From the IMG/VR virus record IMGVR_UViG_3300045391_002681, positions 34,412 through 98,411 of that record: a DNA stretch of 64,000 nucleotides; one strand, 5' to 3'. A program made the translations under genes and the position numbers. Under the pieces are notes generated by a model. It had not been told where the DNA came from. It made no database searches and saw only the letters and a program-made list of their open reading frames with translations. This stretch comes from a virus. This document shows positions 1 to 8,619 of the stretch, piece after piece. Position 1 is the first letter of the stretch. The number at the start of each line of letters is the position of its first letter.

Positions 1-987
1 CGCCGAGTAGAACATCTGCTGGCTCATGTACCACTTGGCGCCAGGCAGGGCGTATTGCGGCAGCTTGCCCATGGTGCCGGTGAAGTCCGCCACAGTGAGC
101 GCCGTCAGGGTCGCGGACGAGGTCTGGTATTGGCCGGCGGTGTGGTTGCCGTCCGCGAAGATGGTGGAGACGCCGCGGATGCCGCCGTACGAGGAAGTGC
201 CGTCGCCGTTGAAGCCAGCGTCGTCTTCCTTGGCCGCGAAGGCGTAGGCGATTTCACCCACCAGCCAGTCGGCGATGGACACCACGGCGTCCTCGGCGAT
301 CTCGTTGGACATGCGGGTGAGCGCGCCGAGCTTCTTGGCGGTCAGGTTCACCGCGTCCCAGGAAGCCTGGGACTCGCTCACCGCCTGGTTTTCGCCGGTG
401 AAGAATGCGGTCAGACCGCCGGTGCGGCGCGGCCAGTTCAGGGTGTCGGAGCCCATCGGGACGACCTGGCACTCGCGGCGGAACACGCCGAACTGCTCGC
501 GCAGGACGATGATGTTGGCCAGCAGCTCTTCCGGAACCAGGAAGCCGCCGGCGCTGTCCACGCCCTCGCCCTGGGCCTTGGTCACGGGGATGCCGCGCGA
601 CTTGCACCAGTCGATTGCCTCGGCGTTGCCGAAGATCGTGGCCTTGAACCACATGCCGGCGGTGTAGGCCTGGTCGACGGCGCGGACGGTCTGGCCGGCC
701 ACTTCGCGGTCCTTGAAGTGCTTCAGGCTGCCATAGACCTTATGGGCGCTGGGCGGCGCCGAGGGCGTCAGGCGGTCCTGGCCAGGAACGGGGGTGGCGA
801 GGCTGCGGGCGATCGCCTGGGCGTCCTCCAGCTGCTTGATGCGCTTCTGCAGTTCGGGGATCGTGCCGTCCTTCAGGGCGTCATAGACGTCCTGCTTGAA
901 GCCGTCGGCTTCGGACTTGCCGGCCATCGCTTCGAGTTCGTCGACAGCCTTGCTCAGCTGCTGACGCAGTTCATGGATCTTCGCCAT
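1..987 (-). CDS. Major capsid protein, HK97 fold with N-terminal delta (coiled-coil) domain; runs off the window
   Basis: Not in the ORF track; manual translation from ATG 987: MAKIHELRQQLSKAVDELEAM...TKAQGEGVDSAGGFLVPEELLANIIVLREQFGVFRR...LTAKKLGALTRMSNEIAEDA...AAKEDDAGFNGDG. Confidence 0.93.
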   Translation of the reverse strand, partial: MAKIHELRQQLSKAVDELEAMAGKSEADGFKQDVYDALKDGTIPELQKRIKQLEDAQAIARSLATPVPGQDRLTPSAPPSAHKVYGSLKHFKDREVAGQTVRAVDQAYTAGMWFKATIFGNAEAIDWCKSRGIPVTKAQGEGVDSAGGFLVPEELLANIIVLREQFGVFRRECQVVPMGSDTLNWPRRTGGLTAFFTGENQAVSESQASWDAVNLTAKKLGALTRMSNEIAEDAVVSIADWLVGEIAYAFAAKEDDAGFNGDGTSSYGGIRGVSTIFADGNHTAGQYQTSSATLTALTVADFTGTMGKLPQYALPGAKWYMSQQMFYSA

Positions 988-1011
988 GGGGTGGGCTCCA
1001 TCTAGGGGAAA

Positions 1012-1032
1012 GCGGCGTCGTCGCGACGCTGC
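1012..1032 (-). promoter_or_regulatory. Conserved hairpin in the capsid leader (GCAGCGTC-GCGAC-GACGCCGC)
   Basis: 19/21 identical to 50954-50974, upstream of the P22-type coat gene. Confidence 0.6.
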
Positions 1033-1115
1033 GGTTCGCCTTGCCGAAGGGCGTGTTGAGGCGGAGCTAGACGCTTGGCGTCAGCCCGATTCCGGGGTGT
1101 CGGTGACCCGAGATT

Positions 1116-2600
1116 TCAGTTGTTGGTGGGCAGGGACGCCTTCAGGCGCGCGACCTCTGCGAGCCGCTTTTCTTCAGGAGTCATGTCGACGGGGTCATCG
1201 GGCCCGACCGCGCTCGGCTCCGGCGTGCCACCGCCGTCGTCGAGGTCGGTTCCCTCCTCCACTTCGTCGTCCGGCTCATCGTCGAGGACGGACTTGATGC
1301 AGTCGGTGGCCATGGCGTGGTAGCTCATGGCCCGCTCCAGCATCGCCTTCGTCGCGGCCGAGACACGGCGCCCGGCCTTCAGGGCAACTTCGACGGCCTC
1401 CCTGATTTCGGTCGAGTCGATCTTGAGCAACAGCGTCTGGACGCTCTTGTCCGGCTTCATCATCGCCTCGTAGTGGTCGAGCACCGCCCTGCCCGTCTCC
1501 TTGACGCTGTCTGGGATGTCGGATTGCGGCAGGCGGGAAGCGGCGGCGCGGATGCCCGACGCCATCGCCGTTAGCTTGCCGTCGGCCACTCGGGCGAACG
1601 GGAGCTTGTAAGAGCCGCGCAGCTTGGGGGCCGAGGCGTCGTAGGCCAGGAAGCCCTTGCGCGCTTCGGCCGGGTCGAAGTCATCGCCGCCGGCATGTTC
1701 GAAGATCGAGGCCTCGGCGGTGCCCCCGTCCCAGGCGCCCTCTTCGTCCAGCGGCAGATCGCGGGCGGCGCCGCATTTCCAGTCCTCGCCGGCTTTGGTC
1801 TCCTCGATGGCGCGCAGCGTGTAGCCCGGCTCCAGGATGAGCAGTTCGTTGTGGTCCTGGCTCCACCGCTTGAAGGACTCGCGCATCCGCTCTAGCCCCT
1901 TGGCGGAAACGTCGCGGTCGCCCTGGATGTAGTATTGAACGCCTGCGCCGGTCCGGGCCTGGAGGCGAAGGGCCTCGATGTCCTTGCGGGGCATGAAGAT
2001 CGTGTCGCCGCTGTCGAGCACCTTTTCGGCCCATTCCTGGAGCGGCCGAGTGTCGACGCCCATGCTGCGGGCCTCACCGAGGGCATTGGGATTGCACGGC
2101 ACCGGGCAGACGGAGATTTCGAGGAGGGTCTGCTTCTTGAAGTCGATGCCGTACGGCCGGTTCTTGTCGGACGTGAACGCCCACTCCTTCGGCAGGAAGC
2201 CGACCGAAACGGCGTTGAGGAACTTGCCCTTGACCAGGCGATAGATGGTGTCGGCGAACTCGTAGATGTCAGGCGTGGCGAACTCGATGTCGCCGACCAG
2301 CTCGCCGCCTTGCACGCTCACGTTGGACGCACGCCCGATCGGCGGCTCCCAACTCATGTGGCTGAATAGCGCGACCGGGTTGCGCTTGAAGATGCCGAGG
2401 TCCCAGCCCTTCGGGTCTATGCTATCGCCCGAATGGTCGACCGTCGCATCGGAGAACACGAAGCGCTGCGTGCGCGATGCTTCGTCGCCGACTTGCTGCG
2501 GCTCGGCCGTGGCGAACTTGAACAGCGTGGCCTCAGGCTGCTGGCCACCGTCCTTCACCGCAGCGCGGAAGGCGTCTGCGTCCAAGAGCTTCATGGTCAT
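1116..2600 (-). CDS. HK97-family prohead protease with long C-terminal extension
   Basis: SDATVDHSGD, NPVALFSH, AVSVGF and LLEISVCPVPCNPNA motifs; lies between portal and capsid. Confidence 0.92.
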   Translation of the reverse strand: MTMKLLDADAFRAAVKDGGQQPEATLFKFATAEPQQVGDEASRTQRFVFSDATVDHSGDSIDPKGWDLGIFKRNPVALFSHMSWEPPIGRASNVSVQGGELVGDIEFATPDIYEFADTIYRLVKGKFLNAVSVGFLPKEWAFTSDKNRPYGIDFKKQTLLEISVCPVPCNPNALGEARSMGVDTRPLQEWAEKVLDSGDTIFMPRKDIEALRLQARTGAGVQYYIQGDRDVSAKGLERMRESFKRWSQDHNELLILEPGYTLRAIEETKAGEDWKCGAARDLPLDEEGAWDGGTAEASIFEHAGGDDFDPAEARKGFLAYDASAPKLRGSYKLPFARVADGKLTAMASGIRAAASRLPQSDIPDSVKETGRAVLDHYEAMMKPDKSVQTLLLKIDSTEIREAVEVALKAGRRVSAATKAMLERAMSYHAMATDCIKSVLDDEPDDEVEEGTDLDDGGGTPEPSAVGPDDPVDMTPEEKRLAEVARLKASLPTNN

Positions 2601-2609
2601 GGCGGTCCC

Positions 2610-3668
2610 TTACGGCGCGACCAGCACGGCGAGGCTGCCGGCGTTGGTCGAGTCGCCCATGTCGTGGATCACGGCGTCGAAGCGCTCCGTGGCGAGGATG
2701 GCGATCTGGTCGGTGTCGAGATAGCGATGGTCGCTGCGGGCAATGGTGAGGCCGCGGCGCTGGCCGAGGACGGCGGCGGCGTACATGTCGCCGAACGCCA
2801 TCATCGCCTTGCCCGAGGTGACGCTGGAGCCGAGCGGCAGTTTCTGGCTCATGACAACCGGGAAGCCGAGGTACATCGGCGTCGGGATGCCGTCGGCCTC
2901 GCCTTCATGCAGGCCGCCACCCCCAGCGGAGGCCAGGCGCACCATCGTCTGGCCAAAGCCGGTGACGCTCACGAACCACGCCGCACGCGGGAGCGCCGAG
3001 GCTCGCACCGCGCCGACCAGCTTTCCGAGGTCCGCGCCGGTCAGCGAGGCGAAAGCGTCATTGCTGGCGGCGACGTTGGCGGTCCCGTGGCTGCCGTCGG
3101 TCGCGAGCGGGCCGATGCCGCGCATCCCGCCATAGGTCGAAGACCCATCGCCGTTGAACGCGCAGTCGTCTTCCTTCGCGGCCAGCGCCCAGGCCATCTC
3201 GTTGGCGACGTAGTCGACTAGGTCGACGATGGAGTCCTCGTCCAGTTCGCTGGACAGGGTGACGAGCGCGGCCAACTTCTTGGCGGTGAGTTGGACCCCG
3301 TCCATGTTGGTCGAGGTCGCGGCACCGGTCGCCGCCGAGCCGCCCTCGCTCAGGAAGAAGGCGGCGGCCGTGCCGGTGCGGCGCGGAAAGAGAGAACTGT
3401 CCGAGCCCATCGGCCAGACACAGGCCCGGCGCCGGAAGGCGCCGAAGCTGTCGCGCAGGTCGAGGATGGCGTTTTCAAGCTCAGTTGGGACGAGGAAGCC
3501 GCCGCCGGAGCCGATGCCCTCGCCTTGGGCCTTGCGGATCGCCACGCCCTTCTTGTCGCACCAGGTCCGCGCTTCGGCGTTGCCGTAGATTGTGGCCAGA
3601 AGCCACTTGCCGGCGCGCTCATAGCGGGCGTCGATCTCCGGGCCGGAGCCGGGAAATGCTCGTTTCAT
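2610..3668 (-). CDS. Second HK97-fold capsid protein paralogue (no coiled-coil delta domain)
   Basis: KAQGEGIGSGGGFLVP, LTAKKLAALVTLSSELDED and AAKEDDCAFNGDG align with 1-987. Confidence 0.9.
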   Translation of the reverse strand: MKRAFPGSGPEIDARYERAGKWLLATIYGNAEARTWCDKKGVAIRKAQGEGIGSGGGFLVPTELENAILDLRDSFGAFRRRACVWPMGSDSSLFPRRTGTAAAFFLSEGGSAATGAATSTNMDGVQLTAKKLAALVTLSSELDEDSIVDLVDYVANEMAWALAAKEDDCAFNGDGSSTYGGMRGIGPLATDGSHGTANVAASNDAFASLTGADLGKLVGAVRASALPRAAWFVSVTGFGQTMVRLASAGGGGLHEGEADGIPTPMYLGFPVVMSQKLPLGSSVTSGKAMMAFGDMYAAAVLGQRRGLTIARSDHRYLDTDQIAILATERFDAVIHDMGDSTNAGSLAVLVAP

Positions 3669-3683
3669 TCGGCTCGTCCTTGC

Positions 3684-5015
3684 TCAGTCTTGTGGCGCGG
3701 AGGGGTCTTCAGTCGCCGCCGGGTCGCCACGGCCGCCCGCTGCGGGCGCTCCGGTCACGTCGCTTCCCGGACCGGTTTCCTTGCCGGCCGGTTCGAACCC
3801 GATCGGCGCGACATTGGTCGGCTGGTAGAGGTCGTCGCCGCCATCCATGTCTTCCCAGCCGTCGGCCCATTCCGCTTCGGCGCGGCGGGCCTGGTTGGGC
3901 TTCATGAACATCCCGACGATGCCGGTGCGGTAGGCGTTGTAGCGGGCCGTCATGTTGGCCCGCATGAGGATCGAGGTATCGAACTGAACGATCAGCCCCT
4001 GCTCGGCCAGGCCGAAGTCGTGAGCCAGCTTTGCTTCCCAGCGCCCAAGGTCGCCGGAAACCGGACCGTTCATGTATTCCTGGTCCATCTGCTCGACGGT
4101 GGCGCCGTTGGCGCCCGGAACACCGAGCTTGTGCAGAGGCATTCGGTAGAGGCGTGCGATCTCCGGGACTTGGAAATCACGCGAGGCGACCAGCTCGGCG
4201 TCCTTGGCCGACATGCCGAGCGGCTGCCACTTCAGGCCCTGCTCGAGCACGGCGGTCTCGCCGGCGTTCTGCAAGCCCTGGCGGCGCTTCTTCCAGTCCT
4301 CGCCGATGCGCTTGGCGGCTTCTGGGGTCAGCTTCCCGTCGGTCGTGAGCACGCCGCCGAGGTTGGTGCTATTGGCGCTCAGGCGCCCGGCCAGTTCCTG
4401 TTGAGATAGGGCCAGGCCGATAGCTTCACGCGCCAGGGCGATCCGAGAGGCGCCGTAAAGCGAGTTGTCGAGCGCCATCCAGCGCAGATGCAGCATGTCC
4501 TCTGACGGGATCATCAGAGGCATGTCTTCGAGCACGGCGGTCTCGTGCAGGCCGCGACGCGCGACCTGGTAGAAGTACTGACCGCCAGGGGCCTCGTAGA
4601 TCCAAACCCGGTCTGGGTTGACCGGGATCAGGGCCGTGACGTTCCCGCGCCAGTCCCGCAGCTTCACCGCATAGGCGTTGCCGCGGAGCAGGATAGAGAC
4701 CTGCATCTGCTCCTTGAACTCGAAGGCGCTCTGGTAGTCGTTCGGGCGCTGAAGCACCTTCTCCAGCGGGTGGTCGGCCACGATCTGCCGGCCGCCATTG
4801 GGCAGGCACCGATAGACGTGAACCGGAAGCTTGGCGATGTCCTCGGCGCGGATCGAAACACAGGCCTGGACGGTCGACACCTGTAGCGCGGTCAATTGGG
4901 TGACCGCCATGCCGCCGGCGCTGACGGACGTGGGGCCGTACTCCGACCACCACTCGTCGATCGTCATCGACTTCTTGCCGCGGATGGCGTCGACGACGCG
5001 CGACCAGTAGCTCAT
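3684..5015 (-). CDS. HK97-family portal protein
   Basis: VQACVSIRAEDIAKLPVHVY, LLRGNAY, VLEQGLKWQPL, EIARLYRMP. Confidence 0.95.
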   Translation of the reverse strand: MSYWSRVVDAIRGKKSMTIDEWWSEYGPTSVSAGGMAVTQLTALQVSTVQACVSIRAEDIAKLPVHVYRCLPNGGRQIVADHPLEKVLQRPNDYQSAFEFKEQMQVSILLRGNAYAVKLRDWRGNVTALIPVNPDRVWIYEAPGGQYFYQVARRGLHETAVLEDMPLMIPSEDMLHLRWMALDNSLYGASRIALAREAIGLALSQQELAGRLSANSTNLGGVLTTDGKLTPEAAKRIGEDWKKRRQGLQNAGETAVLEQGLKWQPLGMSAKDAELVASRDFQVPEIARLYRMPLHKLGVPGANGATVEQMDQEYMNGPVSGDLGRWEAKLAHDFGLAEQGLIVQFDTSILMRANMTARYNAYRTGIVGMFMKPNQARRAEAEWADGWEDMDGGDDLYQPTNVAPIGFEPAGKETGPGSDVTGAPAAGGRGDPAATEDPSAPQD

Positions 5016-5032
5016 CGTTCGCGCCTCTGGGG

Positions 5033-6907
5033 TTAGAAGAACAGCAGGCCACGCTCCTCGTAGACGAGCCGGGTTTGTCCGACCGTCCGGGTCGCGGCCC
5101 CGACCGCCATGGCCAGCGCCACGAGCGGGTCGATGCGTTGCGTCGCCTTCCGCTTGGAGAACCAGCGGTTGTCGAATGGGTCGTGTTCGATCGCCGCCGA
5201 CGCGCAGGCCGAGACGAGCACGGGATTTCGCAGTAGCCGGATACGCCGCTCAAGGATCAGCTCCTCGAGCGTGTTCAGCGACCCCGGCATCCACAGTCCT
5301 TCCGGCGGTTCCTCACCGGCCAGCTTCGCCGCCTCGATCTCTGCATCCGTCGGCCTGGCCCGGCGCTTGCCACCCTGGGGATGCTCGACCTCGTTCAAGG
5401 TCAGGCCAAGGGCGTCCAGCTCGTCCGAGAGCTTGCGGTAGGCGTAGCGGTCGTAGGCCACGGACCGGATGATGAAGTCGCTGTCGTCCTCGGCGATCGC
5501 GGAGGCGACGAAGTCCATGCGGACGGTCGGCCCCGGCGTGGCCCTTAGGTGGCCCTCGGCGACCCAGACATCGTATGGCGCCCGGTCGGCAAGCGCCCGC
5601 TCAGCCAAGGTCTGGGCCGGCGTCCAGGCCTCGATCCAGGCGTCATAGGTCGGCTTGAGGATGGTCGTTCCATCCTCGCGCTCGACCTCGATTTCTCCGG
5701 TCTGCACGACGCAGGCCTTCGCCGTGAGATCCTTGGTTCCCGACAGGTCGAGGCCGAGGTCGATTTCCTTGCCGCGGTGCTCCTCCGGATCGAAGTCCGC
5801 AAGAACCGCCTCCAGCGCCTCCCGGCCGATCCAGGCGTCCTCGGCATCGGTCCAGACGCAGAAGTGAAGGCGCATCACGCCGTTCAATTTGCCCGGCATG
5901 GCCTTGGCCTGACTGACGACCCCGGCGAGGTATTCCGGCGTGATCGTCACGCCCAGGAGTGGGTTGGCCTTGGCCCAGCAGCTCGGATCGGTGAGCGGGT
6001 CGTCCCCGTCATCCAGGGAACAAACAAAAGCGAAGGTGCTGTCGTCCTCGATTTCGCGCCGAGCGACTCGGATCGCGTGGTCGTGCTCTTCCCAGCAGAT
6101 CGAGTTCCGGTCTGAGCCGGAGTTGGTGATCATCAGCAGGAGCGGCTGGCGGCGGAACTTGAAGCCGCGCTCCAGCATCTCCATCGTCGAGCGGTCAGGG
6201 TGCTCGTGAACCTCGTCGCAGAGCGCGACGTGGGGCCGCGGGCCGGAGCCGGTCTTGCCCGCCTCTTTCGAGATTGGCCGGAAGAACGAGCCCGACGGAT
6301 GGTGGGCGATGTTGTATTCCCGTCCGGGGCCACCGCTGAACTGAAGCCGCTTGGCCAGGGCCGGCGACTTGCGCACCATCTTGACCGCGTCGCGGAACAG
6401 GATTCCGGCCTGCTCCTTGCGGGCGCCGGCGGCGTAAATCTCCGCGCCGGCCTCGTCGTCCGCTGTCTGGCAGTAGAGACCTATTCCGCCCGCAAGCGGT
6501 GACTTGCCATTGCCCTTGCCCTGCTCGACGTAGGCGCGGCGGAACCGACGGTTGCCGTCCGGCCGCTTCCAGCCGAAGATCGAGCCCAGGATGAACGCCT
6601 GGGACGGATGCAGCCGGAACGGCTGACCCTCAAACTGGCCCTCGCTGAGCTGCAGGACCGTTTCGAAGAACCCGAAGATGCGGTCGGCCGCCTCGGTGTC
6701 GAATCTCAGGCCGCGCTCATGGCCGCGCTCGAGGTCGTCCAGGTGTCGCCTGGCGGCGTCGCGGACATGCGGGCCGGCAACGATACGCCCTTCCGCTACA
6801 TCCAGCGCGTACTGCGTCGTGCGGTCAGTTGAAGAAGCGATCGGCCGGGTCTTCGTCCTCGTCATCCGTCTGGCCGACCTTCGTTTCATCGACCGGCGTC
6901 GCCGCAA
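5033..6907 (-). CDS. terL: Terminase large subunit (start may be about 6865)
   Basis: Walker A GKGNGKS, Walker B LCDEVH, ITNSG, nuclease motifs GLDLS and RIDPLVA. Confidence 0.95.
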   Translation of the reverse strand: MRRRRSMKRRSARRMTRTKTRPIASSTDRTTQYALDVAEGRIVAGPHVRDAARRHLDDLERGHERGLRFDTEAADRIFGFFETVLQLSEGQFEGQPFRLHPSQAFILGSIFGWKRPDGNRRFRRAYVEQGKGNGKSPLAGGIGLYCQTADDEAGAEIYAAGARKEQAGILFRDAVKMVRKSPALAKRLQFSGGPGREYNIAHHPSGSFFRPISKEAGKTGSGPRPHVALCDEVHEHPDRSTMEMLERGFKFRRQPLLLMITNSGSDRNSICWEEHDHAIRVARREIEDDSTFAFVCSLDDGDDPLTDPSCWAKANPLLGVTITPEYLAGVVSQAKAMPGKLNGVMRLHFCVWTDAEDAWIGREALEAVLADFDPEEHRGKEIDLGLDLSGTKDLTAKACVVQTGEIEVEREDGTTILKPTYDAWIEAWTPAQTLAERALADRAPYDVWVAEGHLRATPGPTVRMDFVASAIAEDDSDFIIRSVAYDRYAYRKLSDELDALGLTLNEVEHPQGGKRRARPTDAEIEAAKLAGEEPPEGLWMPGSLNTLEELILERRIRLLRNPVLVSACASAAIEHDPFDNRWFSKRKATQRIDPLVALAMAVGAATRTVGQTRLVYEERGLLFF

Positions 6908-7202
6908 GCTTGGACAGGATCGCGCTTAAGGTCTGGATCTGGTTCACGCCAACGTCCGGCTCTTCCATCCTGACCTGGAGGATGCAGGCCAGCCGAAGCA
7001 GCGCCCGGTGCGAGTTGTTCAGCCACGGCAGATCGGTGCGGAACTCTTCCCACGCCGCGCACTGCGGCTCGGTCATGCTGGCGTACGGCTTGCCCAACGG
7101 CCTGGTGCGCTTCGGCGCCTGTCGGCCTCTGAACCGGTCAGGGTTTTTTACGGCTGCGCCGCTCGTTTCTGCCTTAGCTGCCGGCAATCTTGGCCGAGCC
7201 AT
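6825..7202 (-). CDS. terS: Terminase small subunit
   Basis: MARPRLP start, KLAATPVD motif, directly upstream of terL. Confidence 0.8.
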   Translation of the reverse strand: MARPRLPAAKAETSGAAVKNPDRFRGRQAPKRTRPLGKPYASMTEPQCAAWEEFRTDLPWLNNSHRALLRLACILQVRMEEPDVGVNQIQTLSAILSKLAATPVDETKVGQTDDEDEDPADRFFN

Positions 7203-7645
7203 GTGAACTCATGTTCTGAATTGTGGATGCGTGCGTTTTGGGTCGGCCCGGTTTCGGCACTCGCGCCCATTGGCCTTCGATACCCCCATCCATGCCATCG
7301 GTTGAAGGGATGGCGCGGGTCAGTGGGAAAGCCGTCGTTGCTGACGGCGGACGAGAAGCCATGGCGGTCGTTCTCTTGGCCGCTCGCCTCCTCGGCCTGG
7401 ATGGGGCCGTCGTGGCAAGGCTGGCAGACCGACTGGAGGTTCGTCGGATCACGGAACAGGTTGGCGTCGCCCTTGTGGGGCTTACGGTGGTTGACGACGG
7501 TGGCGCTGACGACGAAGCCCTTGGCCCGGCAGCGCTCGCAGATCGGTTGGCATTGAAGCTGGGCCTTGCGGAGCGCTCGCCACTCGGCTGTCTGGTAGAG
7601 CTTCCTGTATGCCGCAGCTTCTGGGCTGCGCTGGTCGGGACGCAC
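7148..7645 (-). CDS. Terminase-associated HNH endonuclease
   Basis: CERC...VVNHRKPHKGD...NLQSVCQPCHD; upstream of terS, typical of cos phages. Confidence 0.88.
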   Translation of the reverse strand: MRPDQRSPEAAAYRKLYQTAEWRALRKAQLQCQPICERCRAKGFVVSATVVNHRKPHKGDANLFRDPTNLQSVCQPCHDGPIQAEEASGQENDRHGFSSAVSNDGFPTDPRHPFNRWHGWGYRRPMGASAETGPTQNARIHNSEHEFTWLGQDCRQLRQKRAAQP

Positions 7646-7648
7646 GGC

Positions 7649-7780
7649 CTAGTGGTGGTGCATCGCGGCGTAGAGCTGCGTCGCGGCAAAGATGGCGATG
7701 GCCAGTTCAGCGAGCGCACCAAGGCGGATCAGGGATGCGCCCACGACCAGAATGGCGCGCTCGATGTCGAACGATCGCAT
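7649..7780 (-). CDS. Small hydrophobic protein
   Basis: MRSFDIERAILVVGASLIRLGALAELAIAIFAA...; TGATG-coupled to 7780-8046. Confidence 0.45.
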   Translation of the reverse strand: MRSFDIERAILVVGASLIRLGALAELAIAIFAATQLYAAMHHH

Positions 7781-8046
7781 CAGTTCGGCACCGCGAGCGG
7801 ATGACCCTCGGTAGCGCAGTCCGGGATGCGCTGAACCTTGACGTTGATGGCGCCGAGTTTCGCGCCGCCGTCCAGGACTAGCAGTTTGACGCCGTCGCCA
7901 GCGAACTTCTCCCACTCGGCTTTGATGCGCTTGACCGTTTCGGGCGACAGGCGCTGTTCGCAGGTCAGGACGAAGCGGTCGTCCGGGCCGATGGTCAGGT
8001 GCTGAAGATCGCCGATGAACCTGATCTTGGGTTCTTTGCCGAACAT
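7780..8046 (-). CDS. Small protein resembling the portal clip segment
   Basis: FVLTCEQRLSPETVKRIKAEWEKFAGDGVKLLVLDGGAKL vs portal GVLTTDGKLTPEAAKRIGEDWKKRRQG...TAVLEQGLKW. Confidence 0.65.
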   Translation of the reverse strand: MFGKEPKIRFIGDLQHLTIGPDDRFVLTCEQRLSPETVKRIKAEWEKFAGDGVKLLVLDGGAKLGAINVKVQRIPDCATEGHPLAVPN

Positions 8047-8065
8047 GATCGGGTCCGTTCGTTGT

Positions 8066-8100
8066 TGATATCGCCTACGCGTAGATGATATCGTCTACGC
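8066..8100 (+). promoter_or_regulatory. Putative operator/promoter of the RHH gene
   Basis: TGATATCG(C/T)CTACGC twice with 20-bp period, also an imperfect palindrome, immediately before ATG 8102. Confidence 0.55.
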
Positions 8101-8101
8101 C

Positions 8102-8413
8102 ATGCCCAGACCGAAGCCCGCCGAAGAGCCTGTCCAGATCGCCGTGCGCATCGCGCCTTCGCTGCTCAAGCGGTTGGACGCTGAGGCCGAGGCATCCGAG
8201 CGCAGCCGGAATGCCGTGATCGCCGAAGCGCTGGCAGCGCACATCGACGAGAGCGGAAGTCGGAGGGCGACGCAGAAACTGGCGAAGGGCCTGGCGGCTC
8301 AAAAGGCCCGCGTAGAAGCGGCCAAGCCGGCAGCGACGCCGGGACGGATGACGTTCGACGACGTGCGGCCGAAGTTCGTGCCGCGCCTCAAGCCCGACAA
8401 GGTGAAGCGATGA
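8102..8413 (+). CDS. Ribbon-helix-helix (CopG/Arc-like) protein
   Basis: VQIAVRIAPSLLKRLDAEAEASERSRNAVIAEAL. Confidence 0.8.
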   Translation: MPRPKPAEEPVQIAVRIAPSLLKRLDAEAEASERSRNAVIAEALAAHIDESGSRRATQKLAKGLAAQKARVEAAKPAATPGRMTFDDVRPKFVPRLKPDKVKR

Positions 8414-8619
8414 GCGAAAATCCACCCTTCCTAAAGGGCGAACTGGTCACCCGAGACGGGACCGATGTCCACGAGGTTGTTGACGTGGACGACGGGCTAG
8501 GCGGGATAGTCGTTCGGTGCGTGACGGCCCCCAAGTCCCGCTGGACCGAGGTCGGCGACATCGAGAACAATCTCGCCAGCCGCTATCTTCGGGTTTCCCA
8601 GAAGGGGCAGAAGCGATGA
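8410..8619 (+). CDS. Hypothetical protein
   Basis: ATGA-coupled to the RHH gene. Confidence 0.55.
   Translation: MSENPPFLKGELVTRDGTDVHEVVDVDDGLGGIVVRCVTAPKSRWTEVGDIENNLASRYLRVSQKGQKR

Noticed and set aside
55-1005. Long plus-strand ORFs opposite structural genes (e.g. 55-1005, 3291-4409, 41693-43141, 49505-51115)
   Set aside because: Codon-aligned antisense shadows of clear minus-strand genes in high-GC DNA, with no coupling or motifs
7148-7300. cos site position
   Set aside because: Expected near HNH/terS by analogy, but no specific sequence could be supported
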